The notes under the pieces are model-generated. The model made no database searches. It was not told the DNA's origin and saw nothing but the letters and a program-made list of their open reading frames with translations. From an uncultured Brevinematales bacterium (GTDB lineage Bacteria; Spirochaetota; Brevinematia; Brevinematales; CAZQBT01), in contig CAZQBT010000005.1 in the NCBI GenBank assembly GCA_964591955.1, forward strand, positions 6,192 to 70,191: a stretch of 64,000 nt of DNA, written 5' to 3'. The translations under genes were made by a program, and so were the position numbers. Positions 52,999 to 59,391 of the stretch are shown here, piece after piece (positions within the stretch are counted from its first letter, which is position 1; each line of letters starts with the position of its first letter).

Positions 52999-54441
52999 AT
53001 GAATATTAAAATCAACGGAAAAATCGAGCCTATCCCGCAAGATAGTATCACTGTATCGGAACTTTTAGAACTCAAGCAGGTTAAATATCCCGATATGGTT
53101 TCGGTTCAGCTTAACGGTGAGTTTGTAGAAAGAATCCTGTTCGATAAAACGACGGTTAATGAGGATGATGAGTTTGAGTTCCTGTATTTTATGGGGGGAG
53201 GGTCACAAGGATGGGATTTTGCAACCCGCGCTATCCATTCCTGCCCGCCAATCGAATCGACAAATAACCCGACTGTCCCTCCGATATATCAAAGTGCGGC
53301 TTTCAGCTACGACACAGCCGAAGAAATAGAAACGGTATTTGACGGCAGGGGCTTCGGTTATATCTACTCCCGTATCTCCAACCCAACGGTTACCGCATTT
53401 GAGTATAAAATCAACTCGCTTGAAAACGGTGTCGGAACGGTCGCCGCCGCTTCGGGTATGTCGGCAATCCTTAATTCCATACTTGCACTTGCCGGCAGCG
53501 GGGAGGAGATTATCGCAAGCAAAAGTTTGTTCAGCGGAACGCGCTCGCTTTTCGACGAGGTTTTAAGCAAGCTCGGTATCAAGGTCATATACGCCGATAT
53601 TAACGATACCGCTACCCTCCAATCTCTCATAACCGATAAAACCCGTCTCGTTTTTTGCGAGACAATCGGAAACCCTCTTTTGGACATAACGGATTTTTTA
53701 AAACTTGCGGATTTGGCGCATAAACACCGTATCCCTCTTATAGCCGACAGCACACTCACAACCCCATATCTTTTCAAGGCAAAGGATTTCGGGGTTGATA
53801 TAGTAGTCCATTCGGCGACCAAATATCTTACCGGCAACGGGACCGCCGTTGGCGGGGTAATAACCGATTTAGGCAATTTTGACTGGAATAATTCCCTCTC
53901 AGGCGATATCCGCGATAATGCTAAAAATTTCGGGCAATTCGCGTTTTTGTCCGTTCTTCGTAAAAAAATCCTGCAAAACACGGGAGGGGTTCTTTCACCC
54001 TTTAACGCATTTCTTCATAACCTCGGCGTTGAAACTCTATCTCTCAGGATGGAACGGCATTGCACAAACGCTTCGGAGTTAGCTCTCTATTTAAGCAATC
54101 ACAAAAAAGTTAAAAAAATTACCTACCCCGGCTTGAATAAAAATCCTTACTACGCACTCGCAAAAAATCAATTTAGCGGAAAATTCGGGGCGCTTTTGAA
54201 TTTCTCGCTTGAAAGCAGGGAGGATTGCTTCAAGTTTATATCCCGCTTAAAAATGACCAAAAATCTCGCCAACCTCGGCGACTCAAAAACTATGGTTATA
54301 CATCCCGCCTCAACCCTGTTTTCATCACTACCGAAAGAACATCGCCTCTCAATAGGCATAACCGATGAGATGATTCGGGTATCCATAGGAATTGAGGCAA
54401 TCAGAGACATTATTGAAGATTTTGAAAACGCTTTAAGCTAA
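52999..54441 (+). CDS. Fusion protein: ThiS/MoaD-like sulfur-carrier domain (aa 1-68, ends FMGGG) plus O-acetylhomoserine sulfhydrylase-type PLP enzyme (MetY-like)
   Basis: N-terminus MNIKINGKIEPIPQDSITVSELLELKQVKYPDMVSVQLNGEFVERILFDKTTVNEDDEFEFLYFMGGG aligns by eye with ThiS (…ING…TV.ELL…V.LNGE.V.R…L.D.D..E…GG). The rest is ATRAIHS...YSRISNPT...VVHSATKYLTGNG (PLP Lys)...GDSKTMVIHPASTLFS, the Cys/Met-metabolism PLP family. Confidence 0.8.
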   Translation: MNIKINGKIEPIPQDSITVSELLELKQVKYPDMVSVQLNGEFVERILFDKTTVNEDDEFEFLYFMGGGSQGWDFATRAIHSCPPIESTNNPTVPPIYQSAAFSYDTAEEIETVFDGRGFGYIYSRISNPTVTAFEYKINSLENGVGTVAAASGMSAILNSILALAGSGEEIIASKSLFSGTRSLFDEVLSKLGIKVIYADINDTATLQSLITDKTRLVFCETIGNPLLDITDFLKLADLAHKHRIPLIADSTLTTPYLFKAKDFGVDIVVHSATKYLTGNGTAVGGVITDLGNFDWNNSLSGDIRDNAKNFGQFAFLSVLRKKILQNTGGVLSPFNAFLHNLGVETLSLRMERHCTNASELALYLSNHKKVKKITYPGLNKNPYYALAKNQFSGKFGALLNFSLESREDCFKFISRLKMTKNLANLGDSKTMVIHPASTLFSSLPKEHRLSIGITDEMIRVSIGIEAIRDIIEDFENALS

Positions 54442-54451
54442 GGAGGATTTT

Positions 54452-55255
54452 ATGGAATTAAACGATAAGCAAATAGAACGTTACAGCCGCAATATTATAT
54501 TAAAGGAAGTCGGCGGGAAAGGGCAAACAAAACTTTTAGAATCGAAGGTGCTTGTTATCGGTGCCGGAGGGTTAGGCGCGCCGGCTTCTTTATACCTTGC
54601 CGCTTCGGGTGTGGGAACTATCGGTATTGCCGACGGAGATGCCGTTGATATTACCAATCTTCAACGCCAGATTATCCATTTCACACCGGATATCGGCAAG
54701 CCTAAGGTAACTTCCGCTAAAGAAAAAATTATCGCGCTTAACCCCGATGTAAATGTCATTACCTATAATGACAGGATAACCGCCGACAATATCGCATCGG
54801 TAATACAAGACTACGATTTTATTATCGATGCTACCGACAACTTCCCGACAAAGTTTCTTATTAACGATGCCTGTGTGCTTAACAAAAAGGCGTTTTCTCA
54901 CGGCGGAATACTTCGCTTTGACGGGCAAACGCTAACCCATACGCCGGGCAATGCATGTTACCGATGCGTATTCGACAGTCCGCCTCCTAAAGGGCTTGTG
55001 CCTACTTGTAGTCAGGCGGGAATTCTCGGCGCGGTAGCGGGAATTCTCGGTTCAATACAGGCGGCGGAAGCGCTTAAATTTATACTCGGCACGGGGGACT
55101 TATTAATCAACAGGCTTCTTGTGATGAACGCACTTGATATGAGCTTTAGAACCGTTGATTTAAAACGAAACCCCAAGTGTAAAATATGCGGAAATTCGCC
55201 TGAAATTACGGAATTAACCGATTACGAAGAACCATCCTGCGATTTAAGGAGGTAG
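54452..55255 (+). CDS. ThiF/MoeB/HesA-type adenylyltransferase (E1-like), no rhodanese domain
   Basis: RYSRNIILKEVGGKGQTKLLESKVLVIGAGGLGAPASLYLAASGVG...DNFPTKFLINDAC..., with CYRC and CKIC as a Zn-binding pair. Confidence 0.88.
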   Translation: MELNDKQIERYSRNIILKEVGGKGQTKLLESKVLVIGAGGLGAPASLYLAASGVGTIGIADGDAVDITNLQRQIIHFTPDIGKPKVTSAKEKIIALNPDVNVITYNDRITADNIASVIQDYDFIIDATDNFPTKFLINDACVLNKKAFSHGGILRFDGQTLTHTPGNACYRCVFDSPPPKGLVPTCSQAGILGAVAGILGSIQAAEALKFILGTGDLLINRLLVMNALDMSFRTVDLKRNPKCKICGNSPEITELTDYEEPSCDLRR

Positions 55256-55257
55256 CC

Positions 55258-55650
55258 GTGATAAAAATCAAAAAAGAGATTGTAGAAGCTATACATAAAC
55301 AGGGAAAAAACGAACTCCCAAATGAAGCCTGCGGTTATCTCGCCGCAAAAGACGGGGTAATAGTAAAAGCCTTTCCTATGACTAACGCCGATAAAAGTCC
55401 CGAACATTTTTCCTTTATTCCAAAGGAGCAGTTCGACGTTGTCAGGAAGGCAAGGGAGGAAGGCTTGGAGATGATTGCGATATATCATACCCATCCCGCT
55501 ACCCCGGCGCGGATGTCAAACGAGGATATCCGTCTTGCTTACGACACAAACACTCTCTATGTGATATACTCGCTGAAGGATAATGATATAAAATGTTTCA
55601 GCACGGACGGAGATAAAAAGATAAAAACAATCGATTTGGAGGTGATTTAA
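55258..55650 (+). CDS. JAMM/MPN+ metallopeptidase (Mec+/HcyD-like)
   Basis: NEACGYL (catalytic Glu) and HTHPATPARMSNED, which equals H-x-H-x7-S-x2-D. GTG start 2 nt after the E1 stop, with an AAGGAGG RBS. Confidence 0.88.
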   Translation: MIKIKKEIVEAIHKQGKNELPNEACGYLAAKDGVIVKAFPMTNADKSPEHFSFIPKEQFDVVRKAREEGLEMIAIYHTHPATPARMSNEDIRLAYDTNTLYVIYSLKDNDIKCFSTDGDKKIKTIDLEVI

Positions 55651-55651
55651 G

Positions 55652-57859
55652 ATGAGTATATTCAGATTGCCCGACAGCTTAGATAAAGATATAGCGGAAT
55701 ACGCAAGACTGGTTAAAGGCTATCTAAACGGAACAATCGACAAGGCACAACTCAAGGCTTTTCGCGTTCCTATGGGTATATACGAACAACGCGAAAACGA
55801 AAAGTATATGATGAGGTTTGTTATCCCCGGCGGTGATTTATCACCTATGCAATTATACGCCTTGGCGGAGATTGCTAAAAAATATTCGCCGTCAGACCTG
55901 CATATTACCACCAGAGGCGATATGCAATTACACGGAATAAATCTGCCCGACACTATTGTTATTATCAAAAAGCTGCGGACTATCGGATTAACGACACGCG
56001 GCGGAGGCGGCAATACCGTCAGAAATATTCTTATAGACTACCTTTCGGGATTAGACCCCGAAGAGGCTTTTGATGTCGCGCCTTATGCTCAGGAATTGGC
56101 AAGCAGGTTGATAAGCGAACCGGATTCGTTTACTCTCCCGCGAAAATTCAAGATAGCATTTTCAAGCAGTCCCGAGGACAGGGGCAAGGCTACGGTAAAC
56201 GACCTCGGATTTATTGCCGAAACCGATAAAAACGGCAACCGAGGGTTTAAGGTTTATATCGGCGGAGGGATGGGGTTAAAACCGCGCACGGGGATAGTCC
56301 TGTTTGATTTTGCGCCGGATACCGAGGTGTATAATATCGCAAAAGCCGCAAAAGACTTTTTCAATAAATACGGAAACCGTAAAAACAAACACGCCGCAAG
56401 GTTAAGATTTGTCTTATCCAAGCTCGGCGAAAATGATTTTCTTTCCAAATTCAGCGAGGAATACGAACGGGTCAAGGCTTTGAGTTTCCCGCCTTTTGAT
56501 ATTAAACCGGTGGAAACGCCCGGTGATTACGGTTATATATTAATACCGTTATTCTTAGGCGACATTTCCCCCGAATCCGCGGAGAATATTGCCGAAATCG
56601 CTATGCAGTTTGAAACCGCATCAATACGTTTAACATCACAACAAAACCTTATTATCAAAGGTATCCCGAATGAGAGTATTAAAGATATAAGAGAGCAAAT
56701 TCCGAATACGGGTATCCCCGGGCAATTCCCGTCGTTTATAGGCAACGCCGTTGCCTGTGCGGGAGCAAGCACCTGCCGTTTGGGAATATGTCTTTCGCGC
56801 AACCTTTTATCCGCTATTAAGGATATAACAAGCGAAAAAGCCTACCCCAATACGGATGATTTATCGCTCAAAATTTCGGGATGTCCTAACACCTGCGGAC
56901 AGCATATAATCGCCGATATAGGATTTTTCGGCAGGGGAGTGCGTTTCGGGAAAAGCAACGCAATCGCCCCGGCTTATAACGTGGTATTGGGCGGTCATCT
57001 CGGAAACGGGGTTTCCTCGCTTGCCGAAAATATCGGGGTTATTGCCGCTAAAAAAATCCCCGAATTTATGGGCGAGGTTTTGGGTTTTATCGGTCAAAAC
57101 CGTCTGACGGATGAGGCTTTTAGTGAGTTCATCAAGCGCGTTGGAAAAAATGAATTTACCAAAATATTGGATAAATACGGCGAAATCCCCGACATTGAGG
57201 AAAACAAGGACTATTACTATGACTGGGGCGATGATAAACCGTTTTCTATCTCCGAGAGGCTTGAGGGTGAATGTTCGGCGGGGTTGTTTGACCTTATCGA
57301 AACCGACCTGAAAACGGCTAAGGACAAACTGACGTCAAATCTTCCACGCGAGGCGCTGTATTACTCGCTTCGCGCCCTGTTAATCACCCGAGGAATAGTG
57401 CCGGGTAGTGAAAGCGAAACGGTCTCCGGGTTTAACAAATTTTTCTTAGGCAAATATATAGAACAGTCTTACGAGACGCTTATTAAAAAATTTGTCGATA
57501 GCGGGGAAATCCGCGTTAATGAAGCCGAAGATTTTTACAACCGCATAGAATGGCTATACGAACAAATGGATAACAGCCTCAAGTTTCCCGAATTAGCCCA
57601 TAACGAGGATAAAACAGATAACGCAACCGAACCAAAAGAGAATATCAAGGATTTTCGGGAAATACCGTGTCCGATGAATTTCGTTAAAGCAAAGATGGCG
57701 CTTGAAAATATCGAAATAGGCGAAAGGTTGGAAATTTATATTGATGACGGAGAGCCGATTGACAACGTCCCTCCTTCGTTACGAAACGAGGGGCATAGTA
57801 TTGTATCGCAGAAGCGAATCGGCGATTACTGGTCGATTGTAGTCGAAAGGAGGGTTTGA
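55652..57859 (+). CDS. Assimilatory-type siroheme-[4Fe-4S] sulfite reductase with C-terminal TusA-like domain
   Basis: Two NIR/SIR half-domains (…HITTRGDMQLHGI…, …IRLTSQQNLIIKGIP…). Cluster/siroheme Cys motifs are CAGASTC (C-x5-C) and CPNTC (C-x3-C). The last 72 aa, NIKDFREIPCPMNFVKAKMALENIEIGERLEIYIDDGEPIDNVPPSLRNEGHSIV..., form a TusA fold with a CP motif. Confidence 0.8.
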   Translation: MSIFRLPDSLDKDIAEYARLVKGYLNGTIDKAQLKAFRVPMGIYEQRENEKYMMRFVIPGGDLSPMQLYALAEIAKKYSPSDLHITTRGDMQLHGINLPDTIVIIKKLRTIGLTTRGGGGNTVRNILIDYLSGLDPEEAFDVAPYAQELASRLISEPDSFTLPRKFKIAFSSSPEDRGKATVNDLGFIAETDKNGNRGFKVYIGGGMGLKPRTGIVLFDFAPDTEVYNIAKAAKDFFNKYGNRKNKHAARLRFVLSKLGENDFLSKFSEEYERVKALSFPPFDIKPVETPGDYGYILIPLFLGDISPESAENIAEIAMQFETASIRLTSQQNLIIKGIPNESIKDIREQIPNTGIPGQFPSFIGNAVACAGASTCRLGICLSRNLLSAIKDITSEKAYPNTDDLSLKISGCPNTCGQHIIADIGFFGRGVRFGKSNAIAPAYNVVLGGHLGNGVSSLAENIGVIAAKKIPEFMGEVLGFIGQNRLTDEAFSEFIKRVGKNEFTKILDKYGEIPDIEENKDYYYDWGDDKPFSISERLEGECSAGLFDLIETDLKTAKDKLTSNLPREALYYSLRALLITRGIVPGSESETVSGFNKFFLGKYIEQSYETLIKKFVDSGEIRVNEAEDFYNRIEWLYEQMDNSLKFPELAHNEDKTDNATEPKENIKDFREIPCPMNFVKAKMALENIEIGERLEIYIDDGEPIDNVPPSLRNEGHSIVSQKRIGDYWSIVVERRV

Positions 57860-58314
57860 TGGCATATCCCGTATTGCTTGATATACAAAACCGCGAATGC
57901 CTTGTGGTCGGAGCGGGAAAAATCGCTTTAAAGAAAACCAAAGAACTGTTAAAGAACAAGGCGCGGGTTTTTGTTGTCGCAAAAGAGATTATGCCTGAAT
58001 TTTATGCACTTGCACGGTATCAAAATATTACCGTAAAAACCGAGTCTTTTGCACCCGACTATATTAACGGGAAATTCCTCGTTATCGCCGCTACCGATAA
58101 TCCCGCACTCAATGAATATATCTGCCGTGAGGCTTCGCTAAGGAACGTGTTGTCGAACAGCGTTTCGGGAAGGAAATACGCATCCTTTATGAACACGGCG
58201 TATTTTGGAAATAAAGATATTTTAGTCGCGGTATCATCATCCGGAAAAAATCCCAGCAAAAGCCTGAAACTGAAAAATCTGATTAAAGAATATATCGCGC
58301 AAATTCAAGGTTAA
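57859..58314 (+). CDS. Precorrin-2 dehydrogenase / sirohydrochlorin ferrochelatase (SirC/CysG N-terminal domain type)
   Basis: YPVLLDIQNRECLVVGAGKIALKKTKELL...VIAATDNPALN... is the Rossmann motif and layout of the siroheme synthase N-domain. TGATG overlap with the sulfite reductase stop. Confidence 0.7.
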   Translation: MAYPVLLDIQNRECLVVGAGKIALKKTKELLKNKARVFVVAKEIMPEFYALARYQNITVKTESFAPDYINGKFLVIAATDNPALNEYICREASLRNVLSNSVSGRKYASFMNTAYFGNKDILVAVSSSGKNPSKSLKLKNLIKEYIAQIQG

Positions 58315-58326
58315 AAGGAGATTTTT

Positions 58327-59391
58327 ATGGGTTTTCTGCTTGTCGGTTTTTCGCATAACAACTGCCCGCTTGATATAATGGAGAAAATACATATTACACC
58401 GAAAGAGCTAAGCGGCTTCTATAATGGTTTGCCGTTTAAAAGCAAGTTTTATCTCCAGACGTGTAACCGTCGCGAATTAATTGTGGACAGCGACAATCCG
58501 GTTGAGGCGGGAAATATTATCAAAGATATTATATCCGAACGGTTTAAGCTATCCCCGAAAGAAACGGAAATCCATTCCCGAATGTATATGGGCAAACAAG
58601 CGGTCAAGCATCTTTTCGGCGTTGCAACGGGGCTTAAATCCGCCGTTACCGGGGAAAAGCAAATTCTCAGCCAGATGAGGACATCATATAACGAGGCAAA
58701 AAGTATCGGGGCGCTCAGGGGTAGTCTTGACGGAGTAATACAATGGGCGCTTTTTACGGGAAAAAAAGCTCACAGGATAATGCCCGATTCCCGCTACCCC
58801 GAATCAATCGCCGAAACCGCATTGGATTTTGCCGTAAAGCATCACGGTTTATTATCTAAAAGAATTATGCTGATAGGCGCGGGGGAAACGATATACCGTA
58901 TAGCAACGGGGATAAAAAATATCAATAGCGGACTTGTTTTTGTTGCAAATCGGAATATAGATAAAGCCCGCGAACTTGCCCGCAAGACCGATAGTAAAGC
59001 TATACCGCTTTCCGATATCGGGCGGGTTATAAACGAGGTAGATATTATTTTCAGCGCGACCTCCGCGCCTCATTATATTTTGCGAAAGGAATTGCTTGCT
59101 AAAATAGACAGCCCCGTTACAATATTCGACTTGGCAATCCCCCGCGATATTGAAAGCACGGAAAATCCTCTTATAAAAGTAATGGATATTTCGGCGCTGA
59201 AAAAATATTTCAGCCTGAACTACGGTAACAGGCTTTATGAATACAAAAAGCTAAAAAAAATCGTTGATTTGGAAGTATCAAGGTGGAATTATGATTATCA
59301 GGTTAGGAACACGAAAAAGCGCTTTGGCGTTAAAACAAACGGAAGAGGCAATCCCGATTTTGAAGGAAGCTCTTGCCTCGGCGAAGTTTGA
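58327..59391 (+). CDS. hemA: Glutamyl-tRNA reductase
   Basis: LLVGFSHNNCPLDIMEKI..., the active-site YLQTCNRRE, and the NADPH-binding MLIGAGETIYRIA. It is short (354 aa), and its last 101 nt overlap the next gene in another frame. Confidence 0.85.
   Translation: MGFLLVGFSHNNCPLDIMEKIHITPKELSGFYNGLPFKSKFYLQTCNRRELIVDSDNPVEAGNIIKDIISERFKLSPKETEIHSRMYMGKQAVKHLFGVATGLKSAVTGEKQILSQMRTSYNEAKSIGALRGSLDGVIQWALFTGKKAHRIMPDSRYPESIAETALDFAVKHHGLLSKRIMLIGAGETIYRIATGIKNINSGLVFVANRNIDKARELARKTDSKAIPLSDIGRVINEVDIIFSATSAPHYILRKELLAKIDSPVTIFDLAIPRDIESTENPLIKVMDISALKKYFSLNYGNRLYEYKKLKKIVDLEVSRWNYDYQVRNTKKRFGVKTNGRGNPDFEGSSCLGEV

Noticed and set aside
53191-53214. Possibility that the ThiS-MetY fusion is an artefact of a G-run indel (ATGGGGGGAGGG)
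   Set aside because: The other two frames give no GG-stop for the carrier and no usable start for MetY. The out-of-frame ATG at 53211 terminates after 18 codons. The in-frame reading continues directly into the conserved MetY N-terminus (ATRAIHS). Read-level confirmation is still advisable.
53364-53981. 205-aa ORF on the - strand, and similar antisense ORFs at 59443-60009, 9219-9749, 24944-25459, 11258-11737 and 33811-34287
   Set aside because: Each lies inside and antisense to a CDS with strong family motifs (MetY domain, HemC-CobA, pullulanase and others). None has an RBS or start context or a recognisable domain.
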